Position numbers and translations under genes: made by a program. A DNA stretch of 64,000 nucleotides from Sphyrna mokarran (Eukaryota): assembly GCA_024679065.1 (NCBI GenBank), contig JAGIQG010000116.1, positions 1-64,000 on the forward strand, read 5' to 3'. Below are positions 52,575 through 63,549 of the stretch, piece after piece. Positions within the stretch are counted from its first letter, which is position 1. Every line of letters starts with the position of its first letter. The notes below the pieces were generated by a model. It searched no databases. It saw only the letters and a list, made by a program, of their open reading frames with translations, and was not told where the DNA came from.

Positions 52575-53215
52575 GGATCAGGATTCGGCTATTTGACCCT
52601 TCAAGTTTGCTCCATCATTTAATCAGATCAGGGCTGATCTGATACTAACTTTAAACCTACATCTTGCCTATCCCCAATAATTTATTACCCACTTGCTTGC
52701 TAGCAATCTATCTACATCTGCTTTAAAAATATTCAAAGATTCTGCTCCCACTGCCTTTTTCAAAGAGCATTCCAGATATTCATGACCCTCTGAAGGAAAA
52801 TATTTCATCTCATCTCTGTTTTAAATGTGTGAACCTTTATTTTTAAACAGGAACCTCCATCTCTAGATTCTCACACAAGAGGAAACATCCTCTCCACATC
52901 AACCTGTCAAGACCCTTCAGAATCTACTATGTTTTAATCAAATTTCTCTCACTCTTCTAAACTCCAGCAGACACAAGTCTAGCCTGTTCAAGTTTTACTC
53001 ATAGTGCACATTAGTCTGGTCAACTGACTGCTTCCAATGCATTTACATCCTGGCTTAAACAAGATGACCAATACCGTCCACAATACTTCAGATCTGGTCT
53101 CACTGGTGCTCTGGATAACTGAAGCATAACCTCCATATTTATGTAACCAATTCCCCTGAAATGATAGCTTTCCTAATTACTTGCTTTAGCTGCTTATTAG
53201 CTTTTTGTGATGCAT
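52575..53215 (-). mobile_element. Old CR1 LINE 3' fragment
   Basis: ccgtccacaatacttcagatctggtctcac is the reverse complement of a VRPDLKYCGR (LVRPHLEYCVQ-like) motif. Degenerate 3' tail near 52580. Confidence 0.7.
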
Positions 53216-53224
53216 GCAATGAAC

Positions 53225-53493
53225 AGCACAGGAAGCCAGGTTCGATTCCCGGTTTGGGTCACTAGCTATATGGAATTTGTGGTGTCTCCCCGTGTTTGCG
53301 TGGGTTTGCTCCGGGTGCTCTGGTTTCCTTCCACAGTCTGAAAGACGTGCTCGTTGGGATGCATTGGCGATGCTTAATGCTCCTTTAATGGACCAGAACA
53401 GGCACGGAGTGTGGCAACTGGGGGATTTTCACAGTAACTTCATTGCAGTGTTAATGTAAGCCGACTTATTAGTGACACTAATAAATAAACTTA
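53225..53493 (+). mobile_element. V-SINE, 5'-truncated
   Basis: ggttcgattccc B box, V-domain, tail gtgacactaataaataaactt. Confidence 0.85.
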
Positions 53494-53689
53494 AACTGCA
53501 GGTCAAGGTGCTGCTGTGACAATGCACCCTCTTGTTTAAACACTCTGCAATGCTGAGACTGGGGAGAGGAGTGAACAACAGAGAGCAGCATTGCAGCTTC
53601 TCTTCCCCCCATTGAAACTGGGATTGTTGCTCCATCTGCTGCACCATCCCCACCACATCCACTGGGGGGCAATCTGGACAATGGGCTGC

Positions 53690-54290
53690 AGGCATAACCT
53701 CACTGCGCCTGCGCCGCAATCACACCCACCGCCGGCGGCCATCTTGCGTTGCCAGGGGAGACGGCCAGCGGCCATTTTGCGTTGCCAGGGGAGACGGCAT
53801 CCTGCGCGCTGCGCTCTGGGGGAAATTCCACTGCTGCACATGCGCCCAGGCAGTTACATCTTTTAGTAGTTTGAATCTTGATGATTATTATTTACATCCT
53901 CAGACTTTCGGTTCCTTCTCGATTCGGGAGCATCTTGTTTCTTTTTTTCATTGCCTACTTTTTTCAATCACGCGGTGTGTTCTGGGAAAATACTACAGCA
54001 CATGCGCGGTTCTGCCACCTGTCTCTTTATGAAAATATGTATTTTATTCAATTTTAATTCCGCTCCTGGCTGGATTTCCGGGTGGGAATTTCTCTCACTT
54101 TCTACATTTCTGAACTGTCAGGTTTTCCTCGACCGGGGGAGAGGAGCTGATGGTGACGTCACGACAATATGGCGGTTGGCTCCGCCTTTCTACAGGCCCG
54201 GATGTTCCGCCAACGAGCAGCAACAGGGCCGGAGCGGGCAAGAGGTGACACTGCGCGGAGCAGCGCCTGGGCTGTGTCAGGGACGACTGG
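53690..54290. promoter_or_regulatory. CpG-island, housekeeping-type promoter-like element
   Basis: Local CpG enrichment. NRF1-like TGCGCCTGCGC (53704) and GCACATGCGC (53836, 53998). YY1-like GCGGCCATYTTG (53735, 53768) and AATATGGCGG (54166). kB site GGGAAATTCC (53820). CRE TGACGTCA (54154). Confidence 0.65.
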
Positions 54291-54756
54291 TGGTTAGGAA
54301 TAGAAATAGCAGCAGCACAGTATCTGCCCAAAGGCTTCCCCAGTTCAGCTGCTCAATGACACTGGAATCTCTTCAGCTGGAAACTTCAGCTTCTCACATT
54401 CACACCTATCCATCTATCTACCCCTCCATCCATCTCACCCACTGTCCTCTCCATCTATGTCTCTCGCATCCATGCATCCCTCTCTACAACAAAACCATTC
54501 ACTAAAAAAAGCCACGTCAATCTCATTACCCAAGTCTGCCTGTCAGTCTAATAAATCCGCTCTGTTCCCAGATACTTTATATATTAGATATTACAATTCA
54601 AATATTATAATCTTTCTAATTCTGTATTTGTTCAAAGATCACAGACAACAAAGAAATCATCAATTGCCCCCCCCCCACCCTGAGCTATGGGGTATATTTG
54701 TACATTTTCTGATTTCACAAATTTTTGATTAACTTCTGTTATGATTTTAGTGATGA

Positions 54757-55756
54757 CGTGGTGATGCCGGCATTAGACTGAGCTAAACATAGTAAGAAGT
54801 CTCACATCACTGGGTTAAAGTCCAACAGGTTTATTTAGTAGCAAAAGCTTTCGGAGTACTGCCCCTTCGTCAGGTAAGTGAGAGTTCTGTTCACAAACAG
54901 GGCATATAAAATACAAGCTCAATTTGCAAAATAATAGTTGAAATGCGAGTCTTTACAGGTAATCAGATGTTAAAGGTACAGTCTCACATAGAGCACCATC
55001 CACCCATTGCACGGTGCATATCCTTGCAACTCGGCCAACGTTATCTACCTGATATGCTGGAGGAAAGGATGTCCAGAGCATGGGAAATTGGGGAGACCAT
55101 GCAGATACTACCACAACAGTTGGATGAAAACCAGTCGACGATCATCAGGCAAGAGTATTCTATTCCTGTCGGTGAACACTTCAGCAGTCACGGGCATTTG
55201 GCCTCTGATCTTCGGGTGCACTTTCTCCAAGGCAGCCTTCACCACACACGACAGCACAGAATCACTGAGCAGAGACTGATAGCCAAATTCTAAACACATG
55301 AGAACACCTGAACTGGGATCTTGGGTTCACATCACACGAACTGAAACCCTCATGACTTTCCTTGTCCTTGCAAAATCTAACTAACTATCCTGGCTGGAGA
55401 CAATGCACATCTCTTTAAACTTGCTTAATTCTCTTCCAACTCACATTGTCTGTATCTTTAAGACATGATTACCTGTAAAGTCTCGCATTGTAACCATTAT
55501 TGCGTAAGTTGAGTTTGTGTCTTTATATGTCCTGCTTGTGAACAGAACTCCCACTCACCTGATGAAGGAGTAGCGCTCGAAAGCTAGTGGATTTTGCTAC
55601 CAAATAAGTCTGTTGGAATTTAAGATAGTGTTAAGAACAAAGAACAAAGAACAAAACAGCACAGGAAACAGGACCTTCGGCCCAACGAGCCCGTGCCGCC
55701 ACCCCGATGTTCCCACGTCTACCCGTGATCTCTGTCTATATTGTGAGAGTTCTTAC
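54757..55756 (+). mobile_element. Penelope-like element remnant (GIY-YIG endonuclease fragment) with inverted terminal pseudo-LTR copies
   Basis: CNSANVIYLICWRKGCPE...IGET and PVGEHFS motifs. 54790-54980 is an inverted copy of 55449-55632. A short CR1 tail is inserted at ~55633-55740. Confidence 0.82.
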
Positions 55757-56169
55757 ATTATTTTAGTTCCCAGCAGTTGGATTAGAGATTAACATCAATT
55801 CGTCACTACCTCAGTTTATCTCTGTGTTTGTGAGAGTGTGTGTGATAGTTGTATGTCTGCGTGTGTCAGTTCTTGTGTTTGTGTAAGTCATATGTGTATG
55901 TCTGTGTGTGTACGTGAATGGGATTATGTGTCTGCCAGTTTGTCTGCAGCTATTTGTTTGAGATTATATGTATCTGTGTATGTGTTTGTGTGTGTGCCTG
56001 TGAGTTTCCCTGTGTCGGTTTGAGAGTGAATGTATCTATGAATGTGTTCGTGTGTGTATGTCTTCGAGTTCACCTGTCACTGTTCCTGAGATTGGTATAG
56101 TTTCGGTGAATAGGTTAATCTGCATTAAGTTATATTAAAATAAATACAATAGGAACAAGAAAAAAAACA

Positions 56170-58040
56170 CAATCCTCCAATACGATACTTCAGTTGTCTG
56201 AAGATATCCCCTATTGCCAGCCTCATTAAAATGTAGCACGGAGGATAATCCTGAGATTACTACCTCAGTGGTCCTGATCTATCTAACTCCCTGAATTGTC
56301 TTCACAGGCCCTCTTCCCCTTTCCTGCCTCTGTCATTAATGCCAATGTGGACAATGACATCTATCTGTTCACATTCCCGTTTCAGGATGCCCTGCACCTG
56401 CTCAGAGACACCCAGGATTCTGAAATCAGGGAGGTAACACAGCATCCTAGAATGTTGGTCGCTGCCATGGAAATGCATATCTATGCTCCTGACTATCGAG
56501 TTCTTCTACGACTTTCATTCACTTGGACCTAGCTCGATCCTTCTCTACAGCAGAACTAGTCATGGTGCCAGAAGCCTGGCTGCTGCTGGTATTTTCCCCT
56601 GAGAGGCTATTTCCCCTTCCCCGGCATTATCCAAAATGGTATATCTTTATGAGAGGGAATTGCCACAAAACTGCTGCAGTACATGCCTGTCTGTCCTGGC
56701 AGTCACTCTTCTATCTATCTGGATGTGGACTTGTGGTGTGACACCTTATTGAAGCTAGTTCTATCACACTCACTTCTCCCTATATGTTCGGCAGCCATAG
56801 AATCATAGAGGTTTACAGCATAGAAATAGGTCCTTTGGCCCAATTTATCCACGTCACCCTTTTATTAAACACTAAGCTGGGCCCACTTGTCATGTTTGGA
56901 CCATATCCCTCCATACTCATTTTACCCATGTAACTGTCCAAAATATTTTTAAAAGACAAAGTTGTATCCGCCTCTACTACTACCTCTGGTAGCTTGTTCC
57001 AGACACTCACCACCCTCTGCCTGAATAAATTGTCCTTCCGGAGCTTCTTGTAACTCTCCCCTCTCAGCTCAAATTTACACACTTTAGTTTTAGACTCCCC
57101 TACCATCTGGAAAAAAACGTTGCCCATCAAACTGATTTATGCCCCCCATTATTACATCAACCCCTGTAGGGAACATTCACCCCTATAAGATCTTATACTG
57201 TCCAGGGGGGAAAAGCCAACCTTTCCTTATAACTCAAACCATCAAGTCCCGGTAGCATCCTAACAAATCTTTTCTGCATTCTTTCTAGTTTAATAATATC
57301 CTTTCTATAATAGAATGATCAGAATTGCACATCGTATTCCAGATGTGGTCTTACCAATGTCTTGTGCAACTTCAACACGAAGTCCCAACTCCTATATTCA
57401 GGTTGTAATGATCAAACCAAATTTACTGAATGCCTTCTTCACCACTCTGTCCACCTGTGACTCCACGTTCAATGAGCTACGAACCTGTTACCGCTAGATC
57501 TTTTGTTCTATAACTCTGCACAACACCCTCCCTTTAAACGAGTAAGTTCTATCCTGGTTTGATTGACCAAAATGGATCACCTCGCATTTATCTAAATAAA
57601 ACTCCATCTTCTGTTCATCAGTCCACTAGCCCAATTGATAAAGATCCCGTTGCAATCCGTGATAATCTTCATTGACACCAATTTTAATGTCATCTACAAT
57701 CTTACTTACCATGCCTCTAAATTTCTCATCCAAATTATTAATAAAAATGACAAATAACAGTGGACCCAGCACTGATCCACGAGGCACATTGCTGGTCACA
57801 GTCCTCCAGTTTGAAAAGCAATCCTCTAGCATTACCCTCTGTCTTCTGTCATCAAGCCAATTTTGTATCCATTTGGCTTCCTCCCCCTGGATCCAGTGAG
57901 AATGTTTCCAGCCGCTGCTCCAACCGGACCCTGCAGTGTGTAAGGAACTGCAGCTGATCACACTGCTGATCATAGTTATCAGGGACACTAGAAAGTTCCC
58001 TAATCTTCTATATCTAGAAAAAGGAGCATATCACTGCCCT
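56170..58040 (-). mobile_element. Old CR1 ORF1 (SGNH esterase) fragment, interrupted by a nested CR1 ORF2 copy
   Basis: Minus-strand VIVHIGIND (GxND motif) at ~56330-56360, plus degenerate DSIVR and MLCYLP motifs. Confidence 0.6.
56796..57900 (-). mobile_element. CR1 LINE ORF2 3' fragment
   Basis: ORFs 57626-57988 (WIQNWLDDRRQRV...VPRGSVLGPLLFVIFIN) and 56813-57130 (FRQRVVSVWNKLPEV). Tail ctatgattctat. Confidence 0.9.
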
Positions 58041-58139
58041 AACTTCCATCTCTACAATTGGACACTGAAACAAGAAGAATAAGTATCTTCCTTACTTTTG
58101 ACAAAGAGGGACAATCACAAACCCTGAGAGACAACACCC

Positions 58140-58396
58140 AGAGGAGTGACGGGATCAGATTTTGGGGTCGGGAGCTCCGAGTCAGTGATAACTGTGGAGC
58201 CTCGACTGAATCTTCCCAGCTTTCTGTCACCTTTCCATTCTCGAGTTTTATTTTAAACAATGGGCGTGGCCTAAATTAACAATGTCCAGGCCTGAGGTAT
58301 TTCAGTTCAGTTCTGAGATCCAGTGTCCCAGAGCAGCCAGACTCTGCAGTCTCCAGCTCCCCGTCACATAAACCATCAGCTCCGGGCAGCAGGGAG
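58140..58396 (+). promoter_or_regulatory. Putative V-gene promoter
   Basis: Immediately 5' of the leader ATG. CRE half-sites TGACG (58147) and CGTCA (58362), GC box GGGCGTGGC (58262), CATAAA (58367). No ATGCAAAT octamer seen. Confidence 0.45.
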
Positions 58397-58439
58397 ATGG
58401 GAATCCTTCTTGTTTTCACCCTGTGTGCCTGTTTACCCC
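58397..58439 (+). CDS. Leader (signal peptide) exon of NAR-type V gene
   Basis: ATG...MGILLVFTLCACLP plus 1 nt, then donor GTGAGT (phase 1). A 148-nt intron ends at tttccAG (58587). Confidence 0.92.
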
Positions 58440-58587
58440 GTGAGTACCGACCAAACTAACCCACATTGTGTGGATTGGATATAAAGCTGTCCCAGTCCAT
58501 CCCAATTACAGACACTGTTTGGGGTTTTAGCCCCGTTGTGTGGTTCGGATCTGATGGTCCATTAAACTCTCTGTGTTTAATTTCCAG

Positions 58588-58866
58588 GATCTTTCAGTCA
58601 GTCAGTGACACAAAACCCGGCAGAGGTGACCAAGAAGGAGTGTGAGTCTCTCACCATCACTTGTGATTTGTATGGTTCTGCTTATGCTCGCTTAGTAAAC
58701 GGCGAATTCTTCAAACAAACCCAGCCCGGGAAGGAGTGGGAGCTGATCTCCAACGGAGGGAGATTTACTGTGTCTGTGAACAAAGCAGGAAAGACATTTT
58801 CGCTGGAAATTCGGGATTTGAGAGTTGAAGACGCCGCCACCTATTACTGTAAAGCCAAGTACAAGA
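58588..58866 (+). CDS. IgNAR-like variable segment (NAR-TCR V type), unrearranged, ORF intact
   Basis: SFSQSVTQNPAEVTKKECESLTITC...ISNGGRFTVSVNKAGKTFSLEIRDLRVEDAATYYCKAKYK. The canonical Cys are 62 aa apart (no CDR2, as in VNAR). ISxGGRF FR3 motif. Extra FR1 Cys typical of NAR-TCR V. Confidence 0.9.
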
Positions 58867-58904
58867 CACAGTGATGGACCTCAGCTTCCGGCGATACAAA
58901 AACT
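58867..58904 (+). other. V recombination signal sequence (23-class, 22-bp spacer)
   Basis: CACAGTG (58867-58873), 22 nt, ACAAAAACT (58896-58904). Confidence 0.95.
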
Positions 58905-59250
58905 TTCTTTGCGGATTCTCACAGAACCAAAGGGAAAACCGGAGTTAATCTACCCTGAACCACCACCGCGCCCCCCAATCCCACTACCCGCCAATCCCTC
59001 ACACTCCTGATGCCACAGTTTATTTTTAATAAGACCTGATTATCACCGTTGCTATGTTGAGGTTTATAAATACGGAGTGTGAGTGGATGGGGCTGTCATT
59101 CCCGGGAGTGCTGTCGGTGAATTGAAAATGGAAATGACTGATCCCAGTTACAAACCCTGACACCAGATGGGATCCTCGGCTCACAGCCGGAACTGGGAGC
59201 CACTTTCCGCTCTGTTTAATTCATGTTCCAACATCCCACCCAGTCCCCGA

Positions 59251-59322
59251 GGTTTTGATGCTGAATTGTAACACTGTGTAATATTTGGGAAAGTCACTGT
59301 GGAAAGAAGCTGAACAAATACC
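59251..59322 (+). other. D segment (16 nt, 59279-59294, TAATATTTGGGAAAGT) flanked by two 12-RSSs
   Basis: GGTTTTGAT-12-CACTGTG, then D, then CACTGTG-12-ACAAATACC. Confidence 0.9.
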
Positions 59323-59634
59323 TGTGCATAATTACACTATCAATACTCAGTACCCAGAGAGTGAATCATTGGTTTGATGATATTATCGCTGTGATCGGGA
59401 TTATTTCTACTGTAATCTCCACCATTCACATCTTTCCTTGATTTTTTTGGCTATATATAAAGTGAATATTTCCTTCCTGCGGCCATTTACTGAGAGATCG
59501 GGCCTCACAAAATTACAGTTTGAACCGACAGAGACGTTAAAACCTTGAATATTATTTATTGATTTTAAATCCCCCGAATATTTGGACATTTTCGAATGAC
59601 TGGTGATGGTTTTCCGGCAGATTGAGATATTGGT

Positions 59635-59673
59635 GGTTTTTGTACCGAGGTGACTGAAGATGGAGTCACTGTG
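59635..59673 (+). other. J recombination signal sequence (23-bp spacer)
   Basis: Perfect consensus GGTTTTTGT (59635-59643), 23 nt, CACTGTG (59667-59673). Confidence 0.97.
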
Positions 59674-59731
59674 TATGATTGGAAATATTATGATGTGGAT
59701 GGATCCGGGACGGTGGTGAGGGTCACAGCCG
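59674..59731 (+). CDS. NAR-type J segment
   Basis: YDWKYYDVDGSGTVVRVTA plus 1 nt, then donor GTAAGT (phase 1). DGxGT motif as in IgNAR-type J. Confidence 0.93.
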
Positions 59732-60479
59732 GTAAGTGACTCCAATCCCGTCTTGTTACAGTCTGTCTCCTTTAATGTTCCCCTTCACTTTATCATTGTG
59801 ATCTGTATTTCAATCCCATCGGATCTTCCTGTGGAAAATCATCCGTTACAGATTAGGAGTTGGGAGCAAGGTGTGATTCTGGAACCGGCTCCAGTCAGTC
59901 CCGGGGAAAGTCTCTTTGAGAGCTGATGGAGTCGGTTGTCAGCGGGGCAGCGGTAGTGGGATGAAACTTTGGGGGGAGACTGGGGCGGGGGCGGAGGGGG
60001 TTCGGGGCGAGAGGGTGGTGGGGCGCGGGGTGCGGGTCCTGGTGTTCAGGGTTCTGAGAGAGTTGACAACATCTGGGCGAACGTTGCTTTAAGAGGCGCA
60101 TCAACATCAACCAGTCTGACACTCCTGATAGTTTTTTTTTCAACAAACTTAAATTGAGGACATTCTAGAATCCAGTCTGGTTGTAAGAAGTGAATGTAAG
60201 AGATATGTCTGCCGTTTACAGCCCCATAGCGGAGTGTCAGAGCTCTCTCCTCAGCAGTAGTTCGCAGTCCCAGCCGTGCAATGTGAATAAGCTACCGGCT
60301 GAATGAGATCGATGTCATTTAAAGGCAGCGACTCCATCATTATCTGACCCAGACTGCGAACAGAGAATTAAACAATACTTATTCTAGGTTTGAAGGAATT
60401 TTGTATTAGAGAAGTCAATGATTGGAATCAATGACATTGTATATTTTTTTAAATTTTCCTCAATATAAACAATAACTTT

Positions 60480-61500
60480 TCTTTTCATTTTCCACCGTGA
60501 GTGGTTAATTCTGGAGCATAGGTCTTCTGTACTGTTACACGCATATTTCCAGGGCCCACAGTCTTTGCAGCATCCATTGCCTTCAGCCGGTACTGAAATC
60601 ACATGGAGTGAATTCAGTTTGATGGAAACTGACATCAGTGACATTAGGGACCTCTGGAGGTGGTTGAGATGGATCATCCACTCAATACCTCAGGATGAAA
60701 ATTGTTGCCAAAGCTTAGCCTTATCTTTACTGGGTTGACAAATCACTTATAGCATTGCCTGGTGTTGCTGCTGCTGTTGCTTCCTGGAGTCTTCATTGAA
60801 CCAGTGTTAATCCCGTGTCTGCTAATGTCACTGCAGTGGATCTGCTGAGCCACAAGGTTACAGATTGGGTTTGAGTGCAATGCTGCTGCCGATGGTCCAT
60901 AATGCCTCATGGATGCCGAGTAATGAGTTGCTAGATCGGCTCAAACCCTATCCCATTTAGCACAGTGACTGTGTCAGACGACAGGATGGAGCGTAGCTCA
61001 ATGTGAAGACAGGACTTTGTGTCCACAAGAGCTGTAAATTGTCAGTCCTGCTGACACTGCTCTGGTGATGCCTCTGCGGCAATTACTTTGCTGAGGATGA
61101 GGTCAAATATGTGTTTTGCCCTCTTGGCAGTTTCCTTGCTCCCTGCCACAGTTCCAGTTTAGCAGTTATGTCGAGCTATATGCTATCGAGCCAATCGTAG
61201 TGATGAATATTCAAGCCCCCCAAACAGAGTTCATTCTGTGTTCTTGCCATCTTCACTGCTTCCTTCATTTTTTTTTGTTCAAAATAGAGGAGTTTAGATA
61301 CATCAGCAGAGCCACGTAGTAGTCAGCAGCAGTTCCCTTGTCAATGTCTGACCTGATGTCAGAAGTGTTTATGCGGTTCAGAGTCGATGTTGAGAACTCT
61401 CAGGGCAAGTGGTTCCCGACTATACCCCATTGTGCCGCCAGCTCTGCTGAGTCTGTCCTGCCAATGGGTCAGGACATACAGAAGGGCGGTGATGGTTATT
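60480..61500 (-). mobile_element. Degenerate LINE fragment (endonuclease-side region)
   Basis: Resembles a common shark LINE by recall; no intact ORF; family not firmly assigned. Confidence 0.45.
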
Positions 61501-62324
61501 TCTGAGCTATTGCTGTAATATATTTGTATTCCTGATTACTGTTAATTGAAATCACACAGTGCAATAAGAGAGTGAAGATGATGTGAAAATCGTATGAAAG
61601 GGAACAGGAACAACAGCAAACAAATGCGAAGGTGATATTCCATTAGAACAAGCAATTAGCAAAACAAATTCTCCCTAAATTGTCTCAAATTTGGTTTTTA
61701 ATCCATAGATCTATAAACATGGACAGGGATCGCAGGTAGAGGTGGGAATATCGGGGTGGCAGCGCGGGCTCGTTGGGCCGAAGGGGCTGTTTCCCGTGCT
61801 GTTTTATTCTTTGTTCTAATCGACAGAGAGAGAAGGATTGGATTGTTTCTGAAGAAAACTGAAAATACAACACCCTAACATCTCAGGATTGATATTGAAA
61901 TTTGTGGAGATTATGGTTGTAGTGTAATATTTGGTCTCTTTGTTTAGGAAGGATCTACATACTTCAGAGGGAATTTAACGATAGTTCTTCAAATAGAGTC
62001 TTTGGATAAAATGCTTGTCCTTTGAGAAGGGATTGAAGACCCATTGCCTTTTTCACTTACATTAAGATTAAAGGAATAAGGAGTGAACTCAATAGAATTT
62101 ATTTTATTCTCAAAGGATATGACAAGACAAACTCTGGGTGTTTGTGTTTTTCTAGAGTAGAAAGTCTGTAACTTGGGGTCAGATTTGCAGAAAACCTGTT
62201 CAGCCATTTGGACTGAGAAGGGGAGAGATTTCTTCAGTCAAGGCCATTGTGGTGAATGTGAGAATTATGTGCACCCGAGAGTTGTGGATAGTCAGTGTTG
62301 AAGGCATTCAAGATAATGTTTGAC

Positions 62325-62450
62325 AAAGGGTCATCTGGACTCGCGATATCAGCTCTTTTCTGTCCTTAGAGATACTATCAGACCTGCTGAGATTTTCCAG
62401 CATTTTCTCTTTTGATTTCAGATACCAGCATCTGCACTAATTTGCTTTTC
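62325..62450 (+). mobile_element. Penelope-type 3' end fragment
   Basis: aaagggtcatctggactcg...gacctgctgagattttccagcattttctcttttgatttcagat is a common shark repeat tail. Confidence 0.5.
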
Positions 62451-62584
62451 CTATCAGTTGGAACTATTGAATCAATGTATGCTTTCCTTAGGGAAGAAAC
62501 CAGCAACAATTCACTCTCTCTTCAAGGGGGGAACATGGTGGGTCTTTTTTCCCCCAGAGTTTGGAGAAACACGAGAGGATAAAG

Positions 62585-62820
62585 TTTTTTTTTAGTCACA
62601 AGTGAGGCTTACATTAACAGTGCAATGAAATTATTGTGAAATTCCCCTAGTCTGGCGCCTATTCGGATCAATGCGCTGAACTAGCAAATCTTTCAGAATG
62701 TGGAGGAATCTGGAACACCCGGAGGAAACCCGCACAAACAGGAGGAGACCTTACAAACTCCAACAGATAGTGACCCAAGCCAGAAATCGAATCAAACACT
62801 TCATTGTGGCTCTCTATCAC
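62585..62820 (-). mobile_element. V-SINE, degenerate
   Basis: agtcacaagtgaggcttacattaacagtgcaatgaa tail and cacccggaggaaaccc V-domain, both as reverse complement. Confidence 0.75.
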
Positions 62821-62934
62821 ACATTCTCTCTCATACACTTTCTCTCCTCTCCCTCTCTCTCTCTGACACACACAGACTCTCTCACAAACCTCCTCTCTAA
62901 ACCTTCAGTGAAATCATATTTTTTTCAATACTGA

Positions 62935-63345
62935 GGCTAACAGCACTGTACACAGTACTCCAGATGTGGCCTATCGAAAGCTTTGTACAGCTTTAACATA
63001 ATCCTGCTGTTTTAATATTCTTTGTTTTTGCACGACTTATAAAGACAATCGTCCCGTCTGCCCCTAGTATCATCTCCTATCGCCTTCAGGGCCTTGTGGA
63101 TGAGGAGTCAAATCTTTCTGTTCATTTGAGCTTTCCATGGCTCTGTCATTCATTAAATACTCCCTTGTCTTGTTACTCCTCCCACCGTGCATCCACTCGC
63201 ACTTTTCAGTGTTAAGTTCCATGAGCCATTGACCTGCCATCTGACCAAGCTGTCAATATTATCCGACAATCTTTGACTTCTTCCTCACTATTAGCCATTC
63301 TGTTAATCTTCGTTCCATGTGAAAGCTTACATACCCACCATCCTC
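62935..63345 (-). mobile_element. CR1 LINE ORF2 fragment abutting the destroyed leader of the second V
   Basis: Reverse complement of cagcactgtacacagtactccagatgtggcct...tttgtacagctttaacata encodes MLKLYKA..RPHLEYCVQ. Confidence 0.8.
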
Positions 63346-63389
63346 CACACACAGACATACACACAGTGCAGTGAGAGAGTGAGGAGGGA

Positions 63390-63549
63390 GTCTGTTTACC
63401 CTATGAGTACTATTCAAACTAACCCACATTCTGTGGATTGGATATAAATCTGCTCCAATTTATCCCAATTACAGACATTGTTTGGGGTTTAACTCTGTTG
63501 TGTGATTTGGCTCTGACGGCCCATTAAACTCTCTGTGTTTAATTTCCAG
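63390..63549 (+). pseudogene. Leader-exon remnant (last ~13 nt) and homologous leader intron with dead donor (GT to AT)
   Basis: gtctgtttaccct|ATGAGT versus gcctgtttacccc|GTGAGT at 58427-58445. Intron 63403-63549 is ~85% identical to 58440-58587. No homology further 5'. Confidence 0.88.

Noticed and set aside
53536-53841. Coding start MAAG... within the CpG island (minus strand)
   Set aside because: AAGATGGCCGCC is explained by the duplicated YY1-like motif. The downstream peptide has no recognisable homology and runs into a SINE.
59366-59436. Possible second D segment (ggtttgat..CGCTGTG atcgggattatttc TACTGTA)
   Set aside because: Spacer and nonamer do not fit 12 or 23, and the 3' heptamer lacks the required CAC. 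At most a decayed relic.
63362-63368. CACAGTG heptamer just 5' of the leader remnant (also at 60961 and ~61555)
   Set aside because: No nonamer at 12 or 23 bp on either side; expected by chance next to CA repeats.
59732-63389. Supporting TCR-delta V, constant exon or alternative leader between J and the joined V
   Set aside because: None recognisable by eye or in the ORF track; the interval is mostly LINE/SINE debris. A tiny leader exon cannot be fully excluded.
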